Shown one piece after another: positions 39,301-52,300 of a stretch of 64,000 nt of DNA. Position numbers and translations under genes: made by a program. Under the pieces are notes generated by a model. The model did not search any database. It saw only the letters and a list, made by a program, of their open reading frames with translations, and was not told the DNA's origin. Numbering within the stretch: position 1 is the stretch's first letter; every line of letters begins with the position of its first letter. Source of the DNA: Phoronis australis (Eukaryota; Animalia; Phoronida); assembly GCA_002633005.1 (NCBI GenBank), contig NMRA01000111.1:152866-216865 (forward strand). Reading direction: 5' to 3'.

Positions 39301-40546
39301 GATGGAATGGAGTCCAGGGTTAAAAATGCCGGACTCATGCTTTGTGCTCACCTGTAGTGCTTCATTAGATTTTTTCCAGCCTTCAGTCATATTGAAGCAA
39401 GGGGAAAATGGTGGTTGATAGAACTACGCATTTATATACTTGCAGCCACAGTGGACCTAGTCGATCTACAGGGAGAGGTAAAAAATTTACCGACTAGATA
39501 CAAGGAATACGCGTGTGACTTCATAGCAAGTCGAGAGACGTACGTTCTCGTTCAAGTGGAAAGTAAGTGCAGGTGCTGCAGGTTTAACAAATCCGGGAGG
39601 CGGGCCTGGGACTCAGTTATGCATAGGGACGAAAGTGCAAAGCAGTTGACATTTGACCACACAGTCCCCTCTGGCCAACACCAGGCCTGCTCGCCACAGG
39701 TCGACAAGAATCCCTCCCCTTCACGGCCACGTCCTCTTTGTTCGCTCAGATAGACAAATTCTTACACTGTTCGCACCGAACGGTTACTGATAGGTCTTCG
39801 CGGCACATTTTAAAATTTGTTCTCTACATAATAATAACACATGTACCAGTAATTTGCATACGGATGCTTCAATCTGATAATCGTTTTGACAACTCGACGA
39901 TTCGTTTCCATACTTACACGTTCAGCAGTTATTTATTTCATTCCCAGAACAGGGAGATAAAGACCCTGACAAATATACGTCGCTGCTGAAAACTATAGGA
40001 TCAACGTATCCAGATCTATTAGGTAAGAAATTACTATCAATATCGTTTATAGTGAATATCGATTTTGCATTGGACAGAAAGTACCACACGACTTGAAGGT
40101 CGCCTTGACCCGCCATCACTTTTAAAATATGACCTTGTGTATAACATTTCTGTAAATATCACGAACATATTTCCAAGCTTGAATGTTTATACCCGCTTAC
40201 GACTACGTCCAACCATTTCCAGTTGGAAAAGCTCATTACATAAGTGCAGTCGTCGTTAGGACACCACTGATACCGAATGCCAATTCATGATAAAATATCG
40301 ATGACATCGTAAAATAAATCATGTAGTTTGTTGTTGTTATCACGCTGTGTTTTGGTTGTGTATAGCTATGTTTATGCTTTTACAGCGAAACTACAAAATA
40401 TGTCTAAACCTGTGGTAAAGAAGTCGTCAGCTACTAGTAGATGGAGTGCTATGAGTAAAAAAGGACTGATGGTAAAAAGTTTAGCTGGAGCAGCCGGTCA
40501 GTCGCCAACGAAGTCTAGAAAATCTGCGAAGAAACAATCCAGCTGA
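36310..40546 (+). CDS. CXorf65/C22orf15-like small protein (167 aa, 5 exons)
   Basis: Exons 36310-36373, 39032-39118, 39446-39562, 39948-40022, 40386-40546, all GT-AG and phase 1. Protein MTKSAPPYRDPNPSFITVKFGDGEEALFNPVCSTMSLLGCIRRTC...TVDLVDLQGEVKNL...YACDFIASRETYVLVQVE...YTSLL...YPDLL plus a basic tail, matching my recollection of this family's FIxVKFG...LFNPxC...IDL...RETYVL pattern. Confidence 0.85.
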
Positions 40547-42843
40547 TCACTGTACACGTATTGGGTGCAACACGGTTGCTAACCTATTTTATTGTTCGGG
40601 GAACTTCAGTAATATTATTGGAGAGCATAAGACTTGCAGACCGGAGATGCCGCTGTGCTAATCTTTGGATATTTGCCTGACGGCTACCTTACGGCATTGC
40701 CCTTTCCCCAGTGTTCGCAGTCACCAACAAAGTGCTATTCTTCCGATGGGTTCGCTGGAACTTTCAATCCCACCTTAGGATATTCTTGCCACATGGTACC
40801 AGGGGCACTGTACCTAAGCGGCCATACCAACTTCCCAGGACGACCCATCTCTTACACTACAAATGTGTATGTGTTAAACAACAAAAGGGACCAATGAGGA
40901 ATAGACAGTCGCCTGCTAGTGATATTATGAATTCAAAAAAGAAAATAATAATAAAATACCACCTGTTTTCATAATTTTGATTAAAAAATAAAAATAGTAA
41001 TGAAATGCCTGTTTTTGTCAATTTGATTTCACCAGCGAGTCGAAATTAAGACGAAACTATACATTCACTGGTGTCTATTAAAATTATTTTTTTAGAGCAG
41101 ACAGAAAAAACATTATAGGAGCTGTGCTTAACGAAACAAACGCACATATTGTGCCTGTCACTCAGAAACCCACATAAAACTGCCGAAGAGATTATTGCGG
41201 CACACATTACACAAAACTGTCAACACCTTCCCTAAGTAAAAGATAACATCACTGCCAACTGGTCATCAAAGCTCGAGGAAATTGGGGTTGATTGTCAACA
41301 GAATTGAACTTCTACCGTATGCAATGCTGTAGTGGGGCGTAGGCGCAGCCAACCACCTTTTGGCATTTGAACGTAGCGCCTACGCACCGTAAGTTACGTT
41401 ATAGTGTGGCGTAGGCGCAGCCAACCATCTTTTTACATTATGCATTACGACTCTTCCTTGCAGTGCAGTTGAATGTGAACGAAGATTCAGCAAAATGAAT
41501 CAGATAGTCAACAAACGATCGAAGGGCCCCCGAAGACACACCCCATGGGCAAACGCCGCCAGCATATCGTTTCTGGGCGTTGCCGCTCCTATTTTCCTTT
41601 AAAATTGTGTTTGGGGCACCTTCAGAGACCGCTTGGAATGCACGCGAACCTTTGCCATCCTATAAAAAATTGTTTGGTTGCGACACACTAGATTTGGTTG
41701 CGACACACTAGATTCGCCACTGCAAAATTGATGTAAATACCCACTCGTGAGTCAAAAATAGGCCTACATGTTTGTGATGTTTGGCGAATTCAATGCACCT
41801 TTTAAAATTCAGTGCTCAAGGTGATACGGAGGGCTTTGGGCGCCTACTTACCTTTAATTTTATCACTACAGGACTGACCGCATGTTCCTGAGCCAAGATG
41901 TTCTAAACACATGATTTAGTCACTCGCACTAACTTTTGTTCATTGATGTTGACCCGCTGTTGCGAAGTTGAGCGTTTACCGTGTGACATCGCGAACCAAC
42001 TTAAAATTGGAGAAATTAAAGTCGTAGTAACATCCCATTGTATAGAAACGATGAAGGCGGGTTAACCTAATTTTACGCCAACTCCTTTACCGAGTGATTT
42101 TCAACAATTGCTACTGTCACCAGATTGTTACGGCAGATTTTGTTATAAAAAATTCAACGATTTTTATTAACTTGAGGTAGGCGATTTTTACAAACTAAAA
42201 GGTTATTATTTGAAAACACATGGACAAGTAAGAAATTCAATCTCCATGGCTATGAACACCTACTAAAAATTTAGACATGAAACATTAACACTCAAATTAA
42301 CATTGAGAAAGAAATAATTAGAGCCTGTTGAAATAAAATATTGAGGGCTGTGATTGATACCCAAATGCTGTATTTTTCAATAAAAAATCCAACTGTCAAT
42401 GATTGTGACAATCACGTTAACTGCCACCTTAATTCATACACAGCACATGCACCGGATGTATGATAGGCGGGCCTAACTTCAGACATATATGGTAGTCATT
42501 TAAAAGCAACAAGACGGATGGCACCACAGGACTGGATTCGGGGTATTCAGGGCACAGGGTCAACCAAAATAAAACAATTAACAAGTTCAACCAAAATAAA
42601 ATAATTAACAAATCACTCCAGCGGCAAGAAAGATAACTGGATTGAATAAAATGTTTACTTCTGTCAATGAGACTAATACAACCATCTCCAACAGTCTTTA
42701 ATTCTATGTTCAAATCAAAATTTAATCACTTTTGATTACCTTTGTATTATACTGTAGTTTCTTACAATTAACAACCACTTTTAAATCTGGCCAATTAATG
42801 TAAGTTAGATTAGTAAATGCCCCATGCTTTTACATTTAATCTG

Positions 42844-42950
42844 CATTATAGTTGAACATTATAGTTGAACATTATAGTTGAACATTATAGTTGAACATTA
42901 TAGTTGAACATTATAGTTGAACATTATAGTTGAACATTATAGTTGAACAT
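42844..42950. repeat. Perfect 13-bp tandem repeat (CATTATAGTTGAA) x8
   Basis: Read directly from sequence. Confidence 0.95.
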
Positions 42951-43806
42951 AAACAATATAATAACAATGTCATAAAGAATTTTCAGTAGACTTGAAAATA
43001 AACTCTGAGACAAGGCAACAATTACTTTCAACAACATGGCAAAGCAATGGCAGAGCATAATCACCGATAATTGGAACTAAGCCATCAGCTGCAGATGTTT
43101 TAAATTATAAATTAATCCAAACAAAAAAGTATAAAATGAAGCAATTTTAGAGCAGACAGATGCTGTAAAATCTGCTCAGTGTGTATGCAGCTGGCTATTC
43201 CAGTATAATTAACACTGCACGATTTAGGCAAGTCTACCAAAAAACTAAAAGCAACATGCTATTCTGTAAAATTTACTATTCTCGATACCTTAAGGAAATA
43301 GAATTGCGAGATGTTTACAAATAGATATTTATACTTGCTCAGACAGTTGCTTATGGCTATTTTCAATGACAATTCGATTTAACAATAAATAAAGTGAAAG
43401 ACCATGTAATAAGGAAGATATCACATTTGAAAGACTTTACACAATCATAATATAAAGAATCTAGTGTAATGGCGGACTTGCAAATTAGCAACTTGGCGAC
43501 TGGTCACGTGGGACCAGATATCATAGGCCTCTGGAGGACGAGGAGGCATTTTATAATTTTTGTTTAAAACACATTCCATGTAATCACATACATTGCAAAA
43601 GGGCCTTTTTCATGAAGTAAAACTGTTCCCTTATGCCACCACTGCGAAGACAAAATAACTTCTTGTTCAGCTATGTGGCAATACCAGTCACCCGTCCCAC
43701 GTGATCAACCCCAGTGCTTCCTGAAAGTCTCTCATTGAAAATGACACTGGATCCGGTAACCTGTTTTGTTTACTAGATCACTGCTAGGGTCACTGCAAAT
43801 GGAGAA

Positions 43807-43968
43807 CTGAGCTGTCTACCTCAAATGAACAATAGCCAAAAAAACGGTTCGGAAATGTATGAAAGTACGGCAATTGAAGAGTCAAGGTGAGAAGGATTCA
43901 ACTGTCGTACTTTCATACATTTCTGAGCCGTTTTTTCGGCTATTGTCCACTTGAGACAGACAGCTCAG
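43807..43968. repeat. Palindromic foldback (~70-bp arms), probable MITE
   Basis: CTGAGCTGTCT...AAATGTATGAAAGTACG / CGTACTTTCATACATTT...AGACAGCTCAG. Confidence 0.75.
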
Positions 43969-44763
43969 GGGCTCAGCCCTGTGGCTCTCCTACATTTATG
44001 CTAGCCCTTATATTAGAGATAGAACAATCTCAGAACATAACATCAATGATAACCAATTAATGATAATAACAATAAGTATAATACCAACAAGAAATTTGAG
44101 AGAACAATACTTTACTGCAACTGTGACCAGATTTGGAATAAATTGTTTCACAAATATCATAGTGATAGGGCTGAAAGGCTTCAAATGCAAAATAGGTCAG
44201 CAGCTTAATTAAGGTCTAAAAGTTGAGAAGACTACTTCTAATGCAAAGGGTTTCATTCTACCACATACATTATCTTATTGATCAGACACAGTTGTGTGGC
44301 CTCTATCTAGACCTGACCAGAAACACACATACCCTGCAAGCCATTTTAAGTGGGCGAGGTGAATATTTTTTCTTTCAAAATTGTGGTTTCGCCTTTAACA
44401 CATCCTAGATTTGCTAGCGGTTGTCTAGAATTCTACAAACAAGGCAAAATAGCAAATGAGAATTAGCAAACCAAGCAAATGTTCACCTATATTTGTACAT
44501 TTAAACCCACATTCACCAACTTATGAAACACTATTCGGAAAGAACGGGTTGGAAATATTGAATTGTTGTGACAGCCATAACAATTGTTAAACAATTATTT
44601 ATTAGACACTGAAGAGTTAAGAGTGTTTGAAACTACAATTTGGGTCATCTAAGTAACTATTTACATGTCATGGTCACATCCACTGTTCTATGTTCAAAAC
44701 GAAAATTGTACACTGTAAAATTTAGTAAAGCCTAGTAGGCGAAATAACACATTTTCTGGGAAC

Positions 44764-44985
44764 ACGCAGAGGGTTGATATGCGCCCCACTGTGTGCATCG
44801 CATACAACGCAGAGGGTTGATATGCGCCCCACTGTGTGCATCGCATACAACACAGAGGGTTGATATGTGCCCCACTGTGTGCATCGCATACAACGCAGAG
44901 GGTTGATATGCGCCCCACTGTGTGCATCGCATACAACGCAGAGGGTTGATATGCACCCCACTGTGTGCATCGCATACAACGCAGA
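44764..44985. repeat. 43-bp minisatellite x5+
   Basis: Unit ACGCAGAGGGTTGATATGCGCCCCACTGTGTGCATCGCATACA, nearly identical copies with no spacers. Confidence 0.95.
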
Positions 44986-45518
44986 AGGGAAAGTGTCACC
45001 ACAGTAGTCCAGGCCATCTAAAAATCAGTGTCAACCATGCTTTTACCAAGTAGCATAAGGCACTCCTACGCTAACATTTGGGGTTCTGTAACCACTACAC
45101 CTAAGTGAGTTTAAGGAAGTCTGTGACAAATCCGTTCTAATCAATTCACAAATTTACACGCGTGGCTTAGCTGCACTGGTGAACAAATCCTATTCAGTAA
45201 TTTGTCTTGCAATGATTTCAAAAAAATTCGAAAACGACTACTATTTAATTTTCTATTTTAAAAACAGTCATATTGGTCGCTTCCTTAATTATACACATTT
45301 GGTCAAGCCCATAAATAATGACTAGCTCACTGCAATCTGTCATCAAGCATTTGATGTGTAGTGGAATTGGCTGGCTACTCTGAGGTAAACAGTGCACGCT
45401 TTCTCGTTCACTCAAATGCAAACCTGTTAGGGTAAGATTTGTCTGATGAAGATACATTAATTTTCATAATGAACGTTAAAGTGGTTTGGTAGACAACAAA
45501 AATGACCCGAAAATAATA

Positions 45519-45843
45519 AAAATGGCCACTAGGTGGCATACATCATATCAAATCCATCTGAAAACAAGAATGTGTCATTGACTATTTAATAGAAACCTAT
45601 CGTGAAAATCCATCAAGGAACTCTGAAAGATACAGAGGAAAACGGAAAATTTAAAATTGCCAATAGGTGACACAGCAGTAGTCATATCCATCCAAAAAAT
45701 TCATTCATGTCGTCCCATCCATGTTATAAACACGTCTGCACTATTTCATGAGCATTCATCCAGGGGTTTTGGAGATACAGCAGCAGACGTGGCACGCCAG
45801 CATAATGCGTCCACAGAATTATGTTTGTGTGGGCGCATAAAAA
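45519..45843 (-). mobile_element. Older partial HINE copy
   Basis: GCATAATGCGTCCACA...TGTGGGCGCATAAAAA end and a degenerate GGCCACTAGGTGGC unit. Confidence 0.6.
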
Positions 45844-46348
45844 TACTCCGATCCCCAATGTAAGGCCACACTGTTTCTTCAAACACAAGACTTTTCTTCA
45901 TTTTTATCATGTGTTTTGCCCATCAGTCGTGACCACAATTATGATAAATAATGTCAAAATTAATAAAACATTAACTGACCAAAAACAATACATCACGAAA
46001 AACATAAAATGAAGAATAAAACTAAATGAATGTAACATAAAGCTCAAATATGAAATGGCAAACACATTTTTTAGTCCAAATAACGTGTTAGTGGAAAAAT
46101 TTATAAAATGCACCAATCTCAAATGGCAAGGACATGGACTTAAATCCGAGGCCTTATATAATGGATTTTACAGAATCTAATACTTTCTTATTTTGATGGA
46201 AATTGAATTCGTAGTTATTGGCTACACTTTTAAGGAATGTTAAAAGACATCAAAAATGGTAAATAGTGCTTAATGGTAGCGTCATTTGTAGAAATGACAA
46301 AGCGCAAGTGATGTATACTTAGCACTGGGCAACTGTATCACTAGCCAG

Positions 46349-49300
46349 CTAGTGATTATCTATACCGGGTATCTTAAGAACTTCAGTCTCCACGAGAACG
46401 GCAAAGGTGATGAATGCTAAGTAGAGAATCCACAGATAGAACCCGTAGGCGCGACTTATGTAGAACTTTCGCAGAGGAACGATGATGAGTGACGACAGGA
46501 GACTCAACATAAGGAACAGTGAGAGTACACCTTGTAAGAGAGTGAACTTCAACTAGAAATATAAATTAGTATTTTGAATGAATTTTTTTACATTGATCGA
46601 ACCCCAACACGCTCAATATTCGTCCATTTTTGATGTCAAACGCAAAATCATAAAGTGGACCACTTTCAGGTATCAAACTGCATGCTGCTCAAATTACGAG
46701 TGATTTCTGAGCTTGGGTAGAACTGGAATTGATGAGTCACCACCTTACTTGCTGAAAGCCACATGGCAGTAAGCTAGTGAATGGAATAACAGACGAAGTT
46801 AGTACCAGATGCTTCTCAGGAGACAACACACAGTCAAACAAACTTAATCAAAACAACTCCCACTCACTGTCCAGCAAAAGTAATAACAAAAGTTTGTGAA
46901 GGCATAATTTATCATGATAGATTATTCCGAATAGCCAACTCACCTATTCGGGACGGTCAAAATTCTTTGGCAGACTGCATTAAGTGTTGCCTAGCCAATC
47001 AAGACATTTTCAATTTTCATTGTTTTGATGGAAGAGCCAATCAGTGATAATTGCCTGTGCAGTAACAGTCTCAAGTCACTCAAATTTGACTACATACATT
47101 TTGCATTAAAATACTAGAATTTTAGAAAAGATAGAAGACGGAATGATTTATCATGTCAACTTTCTTCTTGAGCTTTGCTGCTCTAAGGTTTTTCCCGTTT
47201 TGCAATTTTTACGTGGATGCAAAATTCAGGAAGGAGAAAGTGATTAAACACTTGAATGCTTTAAAAGGTAAACAAATGAAAACTACTCACATGAAAGGTT
47301 CCTCCTCGTTTCACGCAGCCAATGGTAAATGGAATACCTATCCCTAACAACAAGTCTGAGAAGTATTATTAAAGAAATACACATATGACATTGCTAAAAT
47401 ATTCTTTTAATGAACTAATTGCTGCAGGCATATATATAGATTATTACATGGCGAAGTCGTTATCCCCGTAATCTAGAACCCGGGTGGATTTTGGGCGTTA
47501 ATTCTTCAAAATCCACTCTGGGTCTAGAAAAGGGGGATAACAACTGAGAACATGTAATAATCTATTTATACCACATACTGAACGATAAACATTGCAATGA
47601 GTCAATCTACCTTTCTCGACTTGCCTCGGCTTTGTAACTGCTTTCTATGTTAGAGGCCCGGGGTTGGAGGTCGTGACCTTTTAAGAAACGCCAAGTGAAT
47701 CTATACAATAAGTTTTAAGCAACTAGTCTAGCTTACTACACATCTTATCATCCTAAGCTTACAACGTAAAGATATCGTCTGCTAAAGTAGGTTACCAATG
47801 GTTATTGAGTATAATGTCCAAGTCAAAGGATCCCGACGACACGTTACCCGCATTCAAACTGGAGATCAATGATTTACCAGTGAAATTGTGCGTCTTATTT
47901 TTCACAGCGTATAAATGTCCGTACAATGCCATTTGTTGAACATGCGATTATTGCGTGTCCTCATTTAAGTATTATATTTTCACGTTCGATGACGTCAGCT
48001 GCTGAGTGGCGTACCGGTTAAGTCGACGATTCGAAACTCTTGCAAAGTGGGTTCAAAACCAGCCTCGGGTTCCCGCCAAAATGTTATTCAACATGCGTTG
48101 AATAACTAAATGAGTCATTTAACAGTTGTAATGGCCATATCACGCTGATAATGTGGTATACGTTTATTTATCAAGTCTATAAGGAGGGAAGAGCCATTGG
48201 TTTATACTGAAAGTAGTGGAAAGATTGCATTGCTGTTGGTTACATATAGGTTTCTAAGGCTTTCACATCTTAAGCCAAATATGGTGTCCACTCCTTAAAA
48301 TGTGATAATGACATCTGCCTGAAAAAAGGACTGACCATAAAAGAATACCGTATTTGTTTTATTGTATATTTTATTGTTATTAACCAGAGGTCATCAAATA
48401 CTTTTCCAATGTATTTGATCACTTAAAACTCTTGCAATACCAAAATCAGTAATAAATTTGTGACCCTGATTTTGAATTAATGCTCCAGAATACTTATCAG
48501 TTATTTGCTTATCTAGAAATACATAGTTACTACTGCTTAGAACAGACCCATCAAGTGGGATCGTTCTCAAAGGATACTGAAAAGTGGGCCGCCGAAGCAT
48601 GCAGAGACGCCCATTCGTGGAAATCCTTGCCTAGCCATGACTGTATCAGCAATCAAATCTGTAAAGACAAGCTTTTAAGGTAAATAAACCAACACATGAT
48701 ACTGTTCTTTGCAATTTTTCAATTTAGAGCCATTTTCATATAACTCAAATATTATAAGAGATTAATTGCAATAAATGAGAATACGATAAAATGAGAATAT
48801 AATCTGGTGGAGGCAAACTGATTTTGAATGTTTTCAAGATTTAATTTGAAGGTAAATAAAGTGAGTGAAAATCATACAGTAATCATAGTTATGAAAATAG
48901 CCGTGTATTGAAAACTAAACCATGTAAGTACCTCCAATACTGTTTCCCCAAGCAAGAAGGGTGAGACCAAGAATACCATCACTGATAGAGAATATAACAC
49001 CAAACATCTGGCCAACAAAAAAAGAGCAAAACATACAATTAACCACACTACCAAACGGATCAGGATCAGAATACCAATTTTGCAAAACAAGACAGTACAT
49101 CTAATGGTCAAATAGAAAGTCAGTGTTTATTGGCTGCATGCAGATCAGAGGACTATAACCACAGTAAAGTTTGAATCCAACTGGAATCATTAACAAGTGA
49201 ATGACATAGAAGACCTTTAGGACATGAATTTTATGTACTTGGGAACACAATTTAGTCAGCTAGTCTTATACAGCGTTCACTTTTCGGTCTCTAAACTCAT

Positions 49301-52300
49301 GCTCACTGACCTGCAAAATGTTAACAATCTCATTGGCTATAGAATATATCCAGATAACAGAGACGGCAAACCCAAGGTATGCGAAAGCCTGTAAAAACAA
49401 GACAATGATCTGAACATACCAATCTTTTTGTACAAAACAACTCATCTCATATCTAATATTTCTCAGAAAATATCTAAATGTCATCATTTAGAAAGAAATG
49501 TTAAATCGTTCAGTTTTCACCTGGTATAGTTTCTCCAACTATAACTAACAACTACCACACTATGGGGTATTAATTCATTACACATGGTTAACAGTTTGAA
49601 ATGTTATAGCAACACAATATTCTTTGTAGAACACACATTCATACTAATACTAGTACTATCATCCATGATTGGCTTGTGATCAATGTCAGGAACGTTCAAC
49701 AGCATCAGATAGAAGCTACAGCTCATGGTGAGAACAATAACCACAAAAAGAACTCACCCAATGGTAAACTGGTTGTATTTCTTGTTTAGATGTGCAAAAT
49801 ACCACAACAGACAAAATTACGCCAACTAGTAACACCAATACTATGACAGGGAACTCTCCATTGATAAGATAACCTGAAACAAGAAAATGCCTATCATGTG
49901 CAAAACATGAAATGAATTTGCAATCAGTTGTTGATTCCATAATATGGTATGATCACAAGTTGAGCATAATAGAACCTCGGCCTCTGAGTTTCAAGGGCAC
50001 CTTGCACACCCTCAAAACGCATGATATTGTAAACACTGATCCAACTTTGTTTGACGTAAAGCACAGCAATTGCTGCATTAGCGATGACTTCACAGCAATA
50101 ATGCAGGGACTGAGATAATGCTTTGAAGCATGGTAAAACATGGAAGATAACTTTTGGGAGTCGTGTTGCAGGACAAAATACTGCCGGACGCTTAACAATG
50201 GAATAGTTTGATATGAGGATTTGGAAACCACTGCCACCTGGAGTTGACACTCTTGTCAAGGAAAGTGATCATGGTACAGGCCTACAGAAACAGCACTGTA
50301 TCACACATCCTTAGATAACCAAGGGGTGCCAGACTTATTGAGTCTCAATAACTCATATAAGACTTCACACTGAAAGTGCATGGCCACCTAGCCCCACTAC
50401 CATTCGCGGAAGTAATCATGTTCTCCATCAAAAGAACGTCCCAGTCAAATCCCATTTAACTTCAATGACTTGTTTAGAAAACGAGAGCAACGTGGAGTGT
50501 TGAAATGCGCCCACGAATGCACTGCAAATGGTATGCTTTTAGGGTTATTTATTTGTATCATAAAAATGGCCACTAGATGGCGCAAAAACATACAATCCAT
50601 CCAAAAACAGGAACATGCCATATTTCATAAAAATCTGTCAAGTAACTTCAGAGAAACAAAGGAAAACAGAATAAAATGAAATTACCACTAGTGGGCACAG
50701 TGTCCGTTGTATCCGCCTGAAAGTCGTTGTTGTCCGTTGTTATCTTCATATAAATACAATAACTAAAGTTAGTAAAGATCCTGCAGTGGGTTTAAGAGAT
50801 ACAACTATGGGCGCAAAACAAAACTACCACTAGGAGGCGCTACAGTAGTCAGTCACACTACTAAGTGCCTAAATTTCATGAAAATCCGTTAAGGACTTTT
50901 GAAGATACAAAGGTAAACGTAAAAAAATAAAATTGCCACTAGGGGACACACCGGTAGTCGGATCTGTCCAAAAGTCGTCGTCGTCTGTTGTTGACATCAT
51001 ATAAATATACTTACTAAATTTTGTAAAGATCCTACAAACGGTTTAGGAGATACAGCCATAGGCCCCCCAACAAAAAACAAAACTGCCACTAGGAGGTGCC
51101 ACAGTAGTCAAAATCATCGGAAAATCATAGTCAACTGTCCTCATGATAGTAAGCACATACATGCCAATTTTCACAATCATCCTTTGAGCGGTTTGGTTGA
51201 TAGAGGGGTGGATGCAAAAAAACAGACTCGAAAACAGTAGAAATGGCCACTAGGTGGCACAAAGTACATCGAATCCATTCGAAAACGGGAGGATAGCGTC
51301 ATCTCACTAATAGGTGCCTACATACCAAATTTCATGAAAATCCGTTCAGGACTTTTGAAGATACACAGGTAAGCGTAAAAAACTAAAATTGCCACTAGGG
51401 GGCACACCCATAGTCGGATCCGTCCGAACGTTCGCTCATGCCATCCCATTCATGACTGGAACATATGTGCCAAATCTCATGAACGTACGTCAAAGGGTTT
51501 TGGAGATAGAGCAGCGGACGCCGCCCGGACGGAGATGACGGCATAATGCGTCCACATATAAACATGTGGGACATAATAAAAAATAGAAACCAAACGCATA
51601 ACTAAGATATGGGCAGCTAACCATAGGCATATGGAAATTCAAAAATACACAATGGTGGAGAGGTATATATTACACAGAACAGTTTTTTACGAATTAGCAA
51701 AATGCAAAAAGCTGATCACAGACAATTAGTGTAAAATATTTGTCAACTGACATGAACTGGTTGAAAACACAACTTGTACTTGCATACTTTCATACTCAGC
51801 TGTCCAATTGTTTTGCTTTTCAAAATTTCACCTTGTCCCACAACAGCATTTGACATATGTGCCGACACTTACATACTCAAGCTGTTGTCTTCATTGACAG
51901 ATTTTTGCAATTTTCCACATGACAAATGTACCTCAAATAACGTTTCACAAGGAATTCAATTTCAGAAACAAAACATGTTAAAAAGTTACCAGTTTCTGTT
52001 CTCGACATTTCAGTTTATTTCAGCCAGTATTTTATTGTCATGGCTAATATGCTAATTGGAGGAGGCAGTGTGGCCTGGTTGATAAGTGCCCGCTTTCTTT
52101 ACTCGAGGCTGTGGGTTCGAGTCCCACTAGGTCACACTGCTAAACCCTTGAGCCAGGTTTCTAGCTCCTCAGCTCGGTTTTAACCTTATATTAATAAAGC
52201 ATGAAAATATTTCCAGGTGATCAGTGCAATGGGCCCACATGCGAGGCCTGCGCACATCTGGTACAACGTGTATCAGACCGCCTGCAATTATTTTTTTTTA

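Noticed and set aside
44764-44985. CRISPR-like array or repeat-protein ORFs (MRCTQWGAYQPS...)
   Set aside because: 43-bp units are contiguous with no unique spacers, and the context is eukaryotic. ORFs in all three frames are an artefact of the repeat.
52059-52135. tRNA gene
   Set aside because: A and B boxes are present but there is no proper cloverleaf; a body, tail and 14-bp TSD identify it as a SINE.
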